Of a DNA stretch of 57,549 nucleotides, positions 48,211 through 57,012 are shown one piece after another. How positions within the stretch are numbered: position 1 is the first letter of the stretch; the number at the start of each line of letters is the position of its first letter. The stretch lies in the IMG/VR virus record IMGVR_UViG_3300028025_000648, positions 1 through 57,549 of that record; one strand, given 5' to 3'. The stretch is from a virus. Its lineage: Duplodnaviria > Caudoviricetes. The notes beneath the pieces were generated by a model. It worked only from the letters and a program-made list of their open reading frames with translations, was not told where the DNA came from and searched no databases. Made by a program: the position numbers and the translations under genes.

Positions 48211-48648
48211 TTAAATATCTGCAAGTTGCCAAGATAAGGAATCTTCATTCCAAATATAAACATTTCCATCTTCTGGCATAGGTGTTGGGGCTTCCCATAA
48301 ATATGTATCTGAATCCTTTGTCCAAGATGGATATGGTTGAGGTGCTGCAAATCCAGTACCGTCCCATGTAAAACCAATTCCTGCATAGTTTTTATGTAGT
48401 GGTCTTTTAGGTATTGTTTTTACAATGTATCTGTCTGGACCAGAAGTATTGAAATATCCTAGGTCAACCCAGTCTGGATTTTCTTCTTGTATCTCTTCTG
48501 TTTCCCCATCAATCATATACTTATTGCCATACGTATTATATGAAGTTTGTATCCAAGTGCCACCGTATGTTGCCTCACACGACTCTGATGATTGAGCAAC
48601 AATTACTTCAGTAACTAATCCATCATTAATTCTTGCAAAGTGACCCAT
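48211..48648 (-). CDS. Cassette 3 gene D: MAHFA-family fibre-associated/chaperone-like protein
   Basis: MGHFARI...WIQTSYN...KNYAGIG...PQPYPSW...WEAPTPMP...WNE; start 48648 coupled to the upstream stop. Confidence 0.75.
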   Translation of the reverse strand: MGHFARINDGLVTEVIVAQSSESCEATYGGTWIQTSYNTYGNKYMIDGETEEIQEENPDWVDLGYFNTSGPDRYIVKTIPKRPLHKNYAGIGFTWDGTGFAAPQPYPSWTKDSDTYLWEAPTPMPEDGNVYIWNEDSLSWQLADI

Positions 48649-50261
48649 TATGGAGTTCCCCATTTCGCTTTTAGGTATCCTTCAACCTTGTTTCTATCTG
48701 TATCAGATAATGCAGAAGGATAAAGAATAATCTCACAAAGATATGCCAGAGGAGCCATTGAGTCTCCAGCGCCATCAACACTTGCTCCTATTGAGTTTTT
48801 ATCTCCAGCAGAGGCTATAGTTCCTTGTGTTATAGTGCTAGTTGCAGCAACACCATTTTTATATGTTTGAACTGTTACACTTGTTGATGAAGCAGCAGTT
48901 GCTTTATATACAGCAACATCAGCAGTAGTTCCAGTATATGAAAGTGAAGAGTTTTGTGTTGCATTTCCAATTTTAGAAATTGATAACGCAGAAGGACCAG
49001 CATTATTTCCACCCATCTGAAAAGCAGTAAGGCTATTTCTTCCAAGAAGTGCAGGATAGTTACCAGCACTTGATGTAGAATTAAAAACAAAAAATGCTGT
49101 AAAGGTGTTTTCTGACCAGTTGCTTAGAGATGTGTTTGTTAAATATTTGATAGCACTAGAAGGAAAAAATCTTATTCCTGGCAATCCATTTTGAAGATTT
49201 GTTACATACAAAGGTTCTTTACCAGAAGGAGCAGTAAAGTTATGACCGTTACCGCTTTTGTCTAACCAATTAGTTACATTAGAACCAGAAAAACTAATCC
49301 TTGTATCGTCAGATGCATCAAGCCAAAGGCTTGCACCGCTAACGGGCAATGCCAACCCAGTATAAAAAACGCTTGATGATAAAAACTTATGGTAAGTATA
49401 TCCACCAGTTGTATTTACTGTTCCACCATAAGCAACTTGCGAACCTGGATAACGGATAAGAACAATTCCTGATCCACCTGTTGATCCGTTAGAAACATAA
49501 GCACCACCTGCTCCACCACCAGTATTAGTTGATCCGTTAGTTTGACCTGTTCCAGTAGAAGAGCCAGTTCCTCCACCGCCAAGACCACCAGTTCCACCTG
49601 TACCACCACCACCGCCACCGCCACCTGCATAATAACCACTATTGGCACCAGTGCTTGTGGGTGTTGCAAAATCAGTTATCTGTACACCTATACCACCATT
49701 AGCATTAACAGAACTACCGTTAGCACCAGCACCTCCACCGCCGCCAGATCGGTATGCGGGTGAGCCACCACCTTGACTACCGTCATATCCTTGGCCAGTT
49801 GTGCCTGCTCCACCTACACCATAAATTCCTAATTGTTCACCACCACCGCCACCTGAGCCACCAGATAATCCACTTTGAACTGGATTTGGTCCTCCAGATC
49901 CTCCACCACCAAGTGATGTTATAGAAACAGTATCACCAATCATTGAGGAGTTGTTTCCATTTGTTCCTCTTGAATCCGTGCTACCAGCACCACCGCCACC
50001 TACAGTTATTGTAAAAGGAATATTTCTTGCAAGACTTGCAGCAGTTTCTAATGCTCCACCACGGCCAGTTGCCGTTACAGTTGAGCGTAATCCTCCTGCA
50101 CCACCGCCACCCGATGTTCCATTACCTCTTCCAGTTCCTCCACCGCCTGCTACTATAAGATAGTCAACTGTAATATTAGATGGTGTTACTTGATCCCAAA
50201 CCCTAGATCCTTTTGCAAGACCTTGGCTAACTCTTGATTGGCTAAATCTTGTTACTGCCAT
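48648..50261 (-). CDS. Cassette 3 gene C: glycine-rich adhesin-like protein with C-terminal LamG-like domain
   Basis: DYLIVAGGGG...GGSGIVLIRYP followed by LWLDASD...WLDKSGNG...EIILY...VEGYLKAKWG. Confidence 0.75.
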   Translation of the reverse strand: MAVTRFSQSRVSQGLAKGSRVWDQVTPSNITVDYLIVAGGGGTGRGNGTSGGGGAGGLRSTVTATGRGGALETAASLARNIPFTITVGGGGAGSTDSRGTNGNNSSMIGDTVSITSLGGGGSGGPNPVQSGLSGGSGGGGGEQLGIYGVGGAGTTGQGYDGSQGGGSPAYRSGGGGGAGANGSSVNANGGIGVQITDFATPTSTGANSGYYAGGGGGGGGTGGTGGLGGGGTGSSTGTGQTNGSTNTGGGAGGAYVSNGSTGGSGIVLIRYPGSQVAYGGTVNTTGGYTYHKFLSSSVFYTGLALPVSGASLWLDASDDTRISFSGSNVTNWLDKSGNGHNFTAPSGKEPLYVTNLQNGLPGIRFFPSSAIKYLTNTSLSNWSENTFTAFFVFNSTSSAGNYPALLGRNSLTAFQMGGNNAGPSALSISKIGNATQNSSLSYTGTTADVAVYKATAASSTSVTVQTYKNGVAATSTITQGTIASAGDKNSIGASVDGAGDSMAPLAYLCEIILYPSALSDTDRNKVEGYLKAKWGTP

Positions 50262-50263
50262 AA

Positions 50264-50593
50264 CTAAGCCGTAATTTCTGAACCAAATGCTGCAAATGTA
50301 AGATTTGTATCTGAAGAATAAATATCAAGTTTATCTGCAGCGTTCATTGTAATTCCAAGAGTGAGTGCTGTTGTATCATTAGCAGCAATGGCAATATCAT
50401 ATGCAATATAATGTTTTGTTGCAAGAGTTTCATTATCTGGTCTAACCATAATTCTAAATGTTTTTATTGCAGCAGCACGATTACAAATAATAATTGTTGA
50501 AATCACTGCTTCTGTTGATGAAGGAACTGTGTATAGATTAGTGTTTAATGCTACACCTTCTACCTGTCCTAATACTTTATATACGTTTGGCAT
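50264..50593 (-). CDS. Cassette 3 gene B: small beta-sandwich protein
   Basis: MPNVYKVLGQ...LYTVPS...STIIICN...AFGSEITA. Confidence 0.7.
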   Translation of the reverse strand: MPNVYKVLGQVEGVALNTNLYTVPSSTEAVISTIIICNRAAAIKTFRIMVRPDNETLATKHYIAYDIAIAANDTTALTLGITMNAADKLDIYSSDTNLTFAAFGSEITA

Positions 50594-50594
50594 G

Positions 50595-50822
50595 TTACAT
50601 TCCTCCTAGTAAAAATGTTGTTGGAAGTGGATCTGTAACTACCGTCGCCCATTCCACGCCTGCTGTTTGTGACGAGTTGGCCTTAAGAAAAGTTCCGTTA
50701 GCACCAACAGTTACTTTTGCTGCTGTATCTGCAGCGGTACCTGCAATTAAATCACCCTTGGCATCTATAACCTTTGGCTTAGTACCCTGGGAGTTATCGG
50801 CTAGTTCTCTGGCTCTTGTCAT
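50595..50822 (-). CDS. Cassette 3 gene A: short AKGD-motif fibre segment
   Basis: IDAKGDLIAG...VGANGTFLKANSSQTAGVEW; leaderless, 8 nt after TGGTATAAT. Confidence 0.7.
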   Translation of the reverse strand: MTRARELADNSQGTKPKVIDAKGDLIAGTAADTAAKVTVGANGTFLKANSSQTAGVEWATVVTDPLPTTFLLGGM

Positions 50823-50831
50823 GATATCTTA

Positions 50832-51188
50832 TTATACCACTTCTTCCCAATTTTTATGATTTTCGTTCCAAGTATATAATCTTCCATCTATAGGATATGG
50901 TTCTGGTGCTTCCCATTGGCAGGTATCCTCATTTAAAGTCCAAGAAAGATATCCTTGTGGAGGTATAAAAGCATCTCTTAACTCATCATAAGAATATCCA
51001 ATGCCTGCATAATTTTTTCTAAATCCATTGATCTTTGCATTATAAGATGTTCTTATACATCTTTGCTTTCTAATACTTCCATAATATTCTTCCCAGTCTG
51101 AAATACCATCGATAACTTCATCTTCATCACGACCTGTAATTACTTCAACTACTATATTATTATCATCTAAAAATGCATAATGTGCCAT
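50832..51188 (-). CDS. Cassette 2 gene D: MAHFA-family protein
   Basis: MAHYAFLDDNNIV...RTSYN...RKNYAGIG...SWTLNE...WEAP. Confidence 0.75.
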   Translation of the reverse strand: MAHYAFLDDNNIVVEVITGRDEDEVIDGISDWEEYYGSIRKQRCIRTSYNAKINGFRKNYAGIGYSYDELRDAFIPPQGYLSWTLNEDTCQWEAPEPYPIDGRLYTWNENHKNWEEVV

Positions 51189-52057
51189 TATATAACTACC
51201 GTTCCTGTTCCCTGAGTAAATCTATAAACACGATATCCTGCTCTTGCTGGTTGTGTATAAGTTAAACCAATTGGAATTGTTGTTATTGGTGGATATGTAT
51301 CTAAATATGCAATTACAACTATACCAGATCCTCCAGCACCTCCAGATTGACGGGCATAAGGACTTGGTTTTCCTGCTCCACCTTGGCCACCATTTCCAGT
51401 ATTAACCGTTCCTGCTGAACCTGCTGAACCAGTATCTGCACCACCACCTGCACCACCTAATGAATAAGTAACAGATGTTCCAGTTATTGAAGATGTTGCC
51501 CCTGGTCCTGAAACAGCCTGACCAGCATAGGTTCCATTACCGCCAACTCCTGTAGCACCTCCGCCTGCAGCACCTGTTCCTCCACCAGAAGAATAGTTAT
51601 TTGATCCAGCATAACCTTCTACAGGAGTATATCCTCCTTGGTTTCCTGCGCCACCAACACGATTAGCAGTTCCATCATATTCACCAGATCCTCCACCAGA
51701 TCCTCCAGGGCCTCCTGCTGCAACATTTGGCACATTACCTCCATAACCTCCACCAGTAGAAGATATTGGGCCAAAGGTGGATGTTACACCTTTTGTTGAC
51801 TCAGCCCCGCCTGCACCAACTGTTATAGAATATGAGCCTGCTAAAACCTGATTTTGTAAAAGTCTATATCCACCTGCACCACCGCCACCAGCACCACGAG
51901 ATCCTGACACATCGGAGTATCCTCCACCGCCACCGCCACCGACAACCAAAATATCTGCAATCGGTGCTGTAGGTACTGGAGTAGTTCCATACCAAGCGCT
52001 TATAGAATTATTTCCTGGAACTGTATTTAGCCTAGTGCGTTGTCCATAACGACTCAT
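51188..52057 (-). CDS. Cassette 2 gene C: glycine-rich adhesin-like protein
   Basis: DILVVGGGGGGG...GGSGIVVIAY...YRVYRFT. Confidence 0.75.
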   Translation of the reverse strand: MSRYGQRTRLNTVPGNNSISAWYGTTPVPTAPIADILVVGGGGGGGYSDVSGSRGAGGGGAGGYRLLQNQVLAGSYSITVGAGGAESTKGVTSTFGPISSTGGGYGGNVPNVAAGGPGGSGGGSGEYDGTANRVGGAGNQGGYTPVEGYAGSNNYSSGGGTGAAGGGATGVGGNGTYAGQAVSGPGATSSITGTSVTYSLGGAGGGADTGSAGSAGTVNTGNGGQGGAGKPSPYARQSGGAGGSGIVVIAYLDTYPPITTIPIGLTYTQPARAGYRVYRFTQGTGTVVI

Positions 52058-52410
52058 TATACAATCCTATTGACATAACCAAAAATGTTAATTACGTTAC
52101 CAGTTGCTGCAAATGCCCTGACCAATAAACCATTATTAATTAAAATACCTGGGGCAACAAGAACTAAACCATTGCCTTCTGCAGGAATAGTAATCTCAAT
52201 ATGATCATTAGGTGAAGATACTCCACCCCACTCAAGAGTTAGTTTAACTGAAGCATTAGAAGTATTATGAGCATATAGCCAAACTTCATCAAATGAAGAG
52301 CCTCCTGCTACTGCTGTATGAATAGTTGTTCCTGCTGTTGCTGTTTGAGCAACTAGGATTCCTCTTCCGTTTGTGCTCCCTGAGAGCATTTGTTTTGAGA
52401 ATGTAGCCAT
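52057..52410 (-). CDS. Cassette 2 gene B: small beta-sandwich protein
   Basis: Start reassigned to ATG 52410 (MATFSKQ), 6 nt after TATAAT; ends IFGYVNRIV. Confidence 0.7.
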   Translation of the reverse strand: MATFSKQMLSGSTNGRGILVAQTATAGTTIHTAVAGGSSFDEVWLYAHNTSNASVKLTLEWGGVSSPNDHIEITIPAEGNGLVLVAPGILINNGLLVRAFAATGNVINIFGYVNRIV

Positions 52411-52424
52411 TTGTCTATTATACC

Positions 52425-52727
52425 CTATCCGAAGATCTGTCCAGCCAAGATTGCTTGGTCTGAAGTGTAGTCTGGTTCTGTTACTGTACCCCACTCTAAT
52501 CCTGTTGATGTAGCAGAATTAGCCTTTAAAAATGTTCCGTTTGTTCCTACACCTAATCTTGCGACGGTATCAGGAGCAGATCCAGCAAGCAAATCACCCT
52601 TAGCATCAATAACTGTAGACTCTACAAAGTTAGCGTGTGAGTGTGGTCCAACCCCTACTGGAATCCATGTATCAGTCTGAGCATCATAAACATATGCTGG
52701 TCTTGGAGTTGTACCTACTGTTGCCAT
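52425..52727 (-). CDS. Cassette 2 gene A: short AKGD-motif fibre segment
   Basis: IDAKGDLLAG...VGTNGTFLKANSATSTGLEW; ends AILAGQIFG. Confidence 0.7.
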   Translation of the reverse strand: MATVGTTPRPAYVYDAQTDTWIPVGVGPHSHANFVESTVIDAKGDLLAGSAPDTVARLGVGTNGTFLKANSATSTGLEWGTVTEPDYTSDQAILAGQIFG

Positions 52728-52728
52728 T

Positions 52729-53070
52729 TTATTCTGTTACCTCGTCCCAAGATAAAGTTTCTTCATTCCAAACATATACTCCTTCAGGCCTAGCAACAGG
52801 TGCTTGCCATTGAGCATTTTCATCAAGTGTCCAAGAGTCAAAAGGCTTAGGTGCAATAAATGCTCCGTCATCTCCAAATTCTGGATCCCAAAGAAAACCT
52901 TGTCCTGCATAGTTATATCTAAAGTTAGCGTTATAACTGGTTTGAATCCAAGTACCGCCAAGACCTAGGTCATCAGCCATATATTCTTGTCCACGGTATT
53001 CCATAGCATTAGGAACTACAAGGACACGAGTAACAATATTGTTTTCGTCTACTTCTGCAAAGTGTGCCAT
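52729..53070 (-). CDS. Cassette 1 gene D: MAHFA-family protein
   Basis: MAHFAEVDENNIV...WIQTSYN...YNYAG...SWTLDE...WQAP. Confidence 0.75.
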   Translation of the reverse strand: MAHFAEVDENNIVTRVLVVPNAMEYRGQEYMADDLGLGGTWIQTSYNANFRYNYAGQGFLWDPEFGDDGAFIAPKPFDSWTLDENAQWQAPVARPEGVYVWNEETLSWDEVTE

Positions 53071-53309
53071 TATGGAATCATCACTCCCGCTTCTTCTTCT
53101 GTTAAAGGTTCTCCTGCTGCAAGTTTTGCTCTTGCTGAAACTTTTAGCGCTTCAATTCTTTCTTGCTCTGCAAGTCTTGCTGCTTCCCATTCTTCATAAG
53201 CAGCAACATCTTGATCACGCTGTGCAATCTCTGCAGCGGTATAAGCAACAATAAATTGCTCTCCTGTTTGAACATCAATAATCATTTTGTTTAACACTTC
53301 TTCTGACAT
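53070..53309 (-). CDS. Small helical fibre-chaperone-like protein
   Basis: 79 aa, AKLAAGEPLTEEEA; GGAGG RBS. Confidence 0.65.
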   Translation of the reverse strand: MSEEVLNKMIIDVQTGEQFIVAYTAAEIAQRDQDVAAYEEWEAARLAEQERIEALKVSARAKLAAGEPLTEEEAGVMIP

Positions 53310-53337
53310 TATTGCCTCCTTTGTCTATTATACATCA

Positions 53338-54690
53338 TTACAACACTGGATACCTAATAATAACAATTCCTGAACCACCAGCACCACCAGTTGTAGAGCC
53401 ACCTATTGCACCACCACCACCGCCGCCTGTATTTGGAGTTCCACTACCACCAACAGCACCACCACCGCCTGCTCCTGCAGAACCGTTATTTCCTGGGGTG
53501 TAAACTGGACCTGCACCACCGCCTGCATAAGTAACAGATGAACCAGTAATTGAAACGGCTACACCAGCACCACCATTACCACCATTTCCTACTGAACCGT
53601 TAGTACCAGCCGTACTTGCACCACCGCCACCGCCACCACTTTGTCCATTAACACTACTATCACCAGCACCAGTTCCACCAGCACGACCTTGATTAGTTGT
53701 ACCAGAGCCTGCTGCGCCGACAAATCCTGTCACATTTCCTCTACCGCTACCGCCTCCACCAGATCCACCTGTGCTACCAGCGTTACTAGCACGACCACCA
53801 AAACCACCACCTAAGGATGTAATAGTTGAAAAACTAGAATTACTACCTTGATTGCCAACGGCTTGAGTGCCACCAGCACCACCTGCTCCAACAGTTACTA
53901 CATAATTTTGAGCAGTGACAGAAATAGGAGATTCTAGTGAACCACCACCTCCCGTTGCGGTTACAGTAGAACGCAATCCACCTGCACCGCCACCGCCACC
54001 TACATCTCCTCCGCCACCGCCACCGCCACCGACGACGAGATAGTTACAGGTCAAATTTCTTTGTGGAATAAATAATCCAGAAGATAAAAAGGAATGATAC
54101 CAGAATGAACCATCTGTTGTAATATTATCTCCTCCGCTTGCATAAGGAGCAAGTGTTGGTGTAGTTCCTAATGTTACAACTCCATAAACAGAAACTGTTG
54201 AATACCTCATAAAAGGAATAGTTCCATTTCCTATAGTCAAAGTCATTTTTGAAATTGCAGCGCCATTATATTGACCTGCTACCAATTCAGTAAATGCTAT
54301 TGCTGAATTTTGTTCTGAATTTGATGTTATAGATATTGTTTTAAGTCCTGTTGATCTATAATTAGAAACATAAAAACTTGAATTTGAAAAAACATTTGAA
54401 GTAGCGCTATTACAATTTCCATCACCAATAAATAGTCTATTGTTATTTACTAAAACAACTCCTGATCCATTGGTACCGTTTCCATTTCCGTATAAATATA
54501 AATCTGAGTGACCTACTGAGTCATCATTAAAATTAGCAAAATAGTTTGCAGTAACTGCAGCAGTATTTCCTCTAGCAGAAATTACAACATAAAAATCTCT
54601 ATATCCTGTTGTAGGTAAGTTATCAAACACTATTGAAGTAACTTCTGAAGTTACCTCTACCCTTCTTAACAAAACATTATTTATTGTCAT
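53338..54690 (-). CDS. Cassette 1 gene C3: beta-domain plus glycine-rich adhesin-like protein
   Basis: N-domain SIVFDNLPTTGYRD...VSVYGV; NYLVVGGGGGGG...GGSGIVIIRYP. Confidence 0.75.
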   Translation of the reverse strand: MTINNVLLRRVEVTSEVTSIVFDNLPTTGYRDFYVVISARGNTAAVTANYFANFNDDSVGHSDLYLYGNGNGTNGSGVVLVNNNRLFIGDGNCNSATSNVFSNSSFYVSNYRSTGLKTISITSNSEQNSAIAFTELVAGQYNGAAISKMTLTIGNGTIPFMRYSTVSVYGVVTLGTTPTLAPYASGGDNITTDGSFWYHSFLSSGLFIPQRNLTCNYLVVGGGGGGGGDVGGGGGAGGLRSTVTATGGGGSLESPISVTAQNYVVTVGAGGAGGTQAVGNQGSNSSFSTITSLGGGFGGRASNAGSTGGSGGGGSGRGNVTGFVGAAGSGTTNQGRAGGTGAGDSSVNGQSGGGGGGASTAGTNGSVGNGGNGGAGVAVSITGSSVTYAGGGAGPVYTPGNNGSAGAGGGGAVGGSGTPNTGGGGGGAIGGSTTGGAGGSGIVIIRYPVL

Positions 54691-54700
54691 TTAAATTACC

Positions 54701-56062
54701 TCACGCCCTCAAATATCTAATGATAACAATTCCTGAACCACCTCTTGAGCCAGAACCTGCGGAGTCACTTCCTCCTCCGCCACCACCGCCACCGCCTGTG
54801 TTTGGAGTTCCACCTACAGAACCTTGGGTTCCAAAGTCTGCACCTTTTGATCCGCCACCTAAGCCACCAGAGCCACCGCTGGCAGCGTTTGCACCACCAC
54901 CACCGCCACCACCATAATAAACAACTCCTGATACATTTTGACCCGTTCCTGTAACAAGTCCCCAAGAAGAAAATAATGCTGTGCCAATTCCTCCAGCACC
55001 ACCGCTTCCACTGCTTGGCTGAGTAGATCCAACTGCTCCTGCTCCACCACCGCCTGGTGCTCCTAATTGAAAAGAAGAACTTCCTCCTGCAAAACCTTCT
55101 ACAGGGGTATAACTACCTGAGTTTCCTGCTCCACCTGCACCGCCACCATTTGTTACTAGAAGAGTTCCAGCACCACCACCACCTGAACCACCTGAACTTC
55201 CTACGTTAGGGTTTCTTTGTAATGATGAACCACCTCCACCACCTGATGAAGAAAATGAGTTAAATGTAGATGCTTCTCCATTAGATGCAAGTGCAGTTGC
55301 TGATGCAGAACCATTTCCGCCTGCTCCTACTGTTACAGTATAGTTTGTTGCCGTTAAAGATTGAGTAGTACTTCTTACGCCACCTGCACCGCCACCACCT
55401 CCGTTATCACAGCCTCCACCGCCTCCTCCTCCAACTACTAATACATCAGCCGAAATAGACTGTGTTGGAGTAAATGTTGCCGATGAAGCAAATACATGAT
55501 AAAAATGTGTAGAATCTGCGTATACAACTCCACCTAATGCTTTTGTTCCAGAAAAACCTTCTGACTTAATTCCATATATATTGATTGTAGATCCCGAAGT
55601 AAAACCTGAACAGTCTGGTGCAATCATCCTAATTGAAGTAATGGCTTCAGTGCTATTGTTTGTAGATCCTCTCCATGTTCCAACACAAGACCCTACTCTA
55701 AAGTTTAAAAGTGTATCTCTTGATACTGCGCTTTTAAAAGTTGTCGTATTTCTAAAATCTTGAAGATGAAAAATCTGTAAAGATCTTGATGTTCCTACTG
55801 ATCCAAGAACCATAGATGTTGAATTGGATGTATTATCACTAGTAGCAGGGGATGTTCCATAACCATAAAGTCTAATAGAAGAGTTATAACCTAAAGTTAC
55901 TCCATTAAACTGAAGTCCAACAAAAGATACAGCATTTACTGGTGCAAAATCACAAACAATCTCTAGATCTGAATAATCTGTATAGGAACTCACATCAATA
56001 TCTATTGTAGAGGTTGTTGATGTTAATGTTCTTGTAAAAAGTGGTATCTTTGTATTAGCCAT
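54701..56062 (-). CDS. Cassette 1 gene C2: beta-domain plus glycine-rich adhesin-like protein
   Basis: N-domain ...YSDLEIV...INIYGI; DVLVVGGGGGGG...GGSGIVIIRY. Confidence 0.75.
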   Translation of the reverse strand: MANTKIPLFTRTLTSTTSTIDIDVSSYTDYSDLEIVCDFAPVNAVSFVGLQFNGVTLGYNSSIRLYGYGTSPATSDNTSNSTSMVLGSVGTSRSLQIFHLQDFRNTTTFKSAVSRDTLLNFRVGSCVGTWRGSTNNSTEAITSIRMIAPDCSGFTSGSTINIYGIKSEGFSGTKALGGVVYADSTHFYHVFASSATFTPTQSISADVLVVGGGGGGGCDNGGGGGAGGVRSTTQSLTATNYTVTVGAGGNGSASATALASNGEASTFNSFSSSGGGGGSSLQRNPNVGSSGGSGGGGAGTLLVTNGGGAGGAGNSGSYTPVEGFAGGSSSFQLGAPGGGGAGAVGSTQPSSGSGGAGGIGTALFSSWGLVTGTGQNVSGVVYYGGGGGGGANAASGGSGGLGGGSKGADFGTQGSVGGTPNTGGGGGGGGGSDSAGSGSRGGSGIVIIRYLRA

Positions 56063-56673
56063 TATCTAGTCCCATACAAAGATATCTTAGAGTTTGCTGA
56101 AATATTGCCACCATCACCAATTGAAAATGTTAAAGATCTAATAGGATCATTACTTCTCCAAACATTGCTTTCTATAGTTACCTGACCTGATCCATTGATT
56201 GAATAGCCACCAATATGGTTTACAGTTTTATTTTTTTGTGGGTGTGAGTAGTCTAGAATATCTACAATCAAAACCCCATAGTAGTTTGCTGCTTGGTTTC
56301 CTGCTGGGATTCTCTCTAAAGCAACTCCTGTAAAAGGAACGTCATTGTCTGTTGAGACTGCTGTTCCTGATCCTCTTAGAGCATGTCTTGAATAAGTAGA
56401 ACTTGAGTCTTCATTAAATCTGCACATTAAAAATGTTTCCGATGATGCTCTGTCTGAACGAACCATAATTCGCAGTTGTAGATGTTCGTACCCTTGTGGA
56501 ATGCCAGCCATTGTAATTGTAGAAAGTCCTGATGGAATAGTTATAGATGCTAAAGAATCATATCCGCCTACTGGAGTCCAATCAACCCAAGTAGTATTTC
56601 CAGCAAGCATGCTCTTATAAGAGACTTTATCGCTTGCTAGAGAAGATGCGTCTGAAAACTTATAAACGCCCAT
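56062..56673 (-). CDS. Cassette 1 gene C1: beta-domain only (paralog of the C2/C3 N-domains)
   Basis: TITMAGIPQGYEHLQLR...ISLYGTR. Confidence 0.7.
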   Translation of the reverse strand: MGVYKFSDASSLASDKVSYKSMLAGNTTWVDWTPVGGYDSLASITIPSGLSTITMAGIPQGYEHLQLRIMVRSDRASSETFLMCRFNEDSSSTYSRHALRGSGTAVSTDNDVPFTGVALERIPAGNQAANYYGVLIVDILDYSHPQKNKTVNHIGGYSINGSGQVTIESNVWRSNDPIRSLTFSIGDGGNISANSKISLYGTR

Positions 56674-56675
56674 TA

Positions 56676-56978
56676 CTAAACAATCTCCACTCCACTGATG
56701 TGGAAGTTCATTGTGGTTGCTGATGCTCCACCTGTGATTGTTTGAGTATTGGTAAGAACTTGCTTTAGGTCAATTACTGTTGAGTCATATGCACCTACGG
56801 TTACGAGTGTTGCAATGTTTACTCCACCTAGGGCTAGTGTGAATGATCCAATTGTTCCCGCAGTATTTGTAACGACAATATTTGTTACTACTGCTGTTAC
56901 ACCTGTTGCGGTGTATAGTGTAGTGCCTGTATTTGTTGTTGCAGCACCACGAAATAAAGTTTTACTAGTTGTAGCCAT
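56676..56978 (-). CDS. Cassette 1 gene B: small beta-sandwich protein
   Basis: TTLYTA...TNIVVTN...ISGVEIV; GGAGGT RBS. Confidence 0.7.
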   Translation of the reverse strand: MATTSKTLFRGAATTNTGTTLYTATGVTAVVTNIVVTNTAGTIGSFTLALGGVNIATLVTVGAYDSTVIDLKQVLTNTQTITGGASATTMNFHISGVEIV

Positions 56979-57012
56979 TAGTTACTACCTCCGATACATA
57001 ATTGTAGCATAC

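Noticed and set aside
52411-52494. Longer N-terminus (145 aa) for the ORF ending at 52057
   Set aside because: It overlaps the upstream gene; ATG 52410 sits 6 nt after TATAAT and matches the size of the other B genes
49400-55450. Collagen-like repeats or PE-PGRS proteins
   Set aside because: Glycines occur in runs rather than strict Gly-X-Y triplets, and there is no PE domain
48648-56062. Diversity-generating retroelement or shufflon acting on the adhesins
   Set aside because: No reverse transcriptase, no long near-identical template/variable repeat pair, no invertase and no inverted cassettes visible in this window
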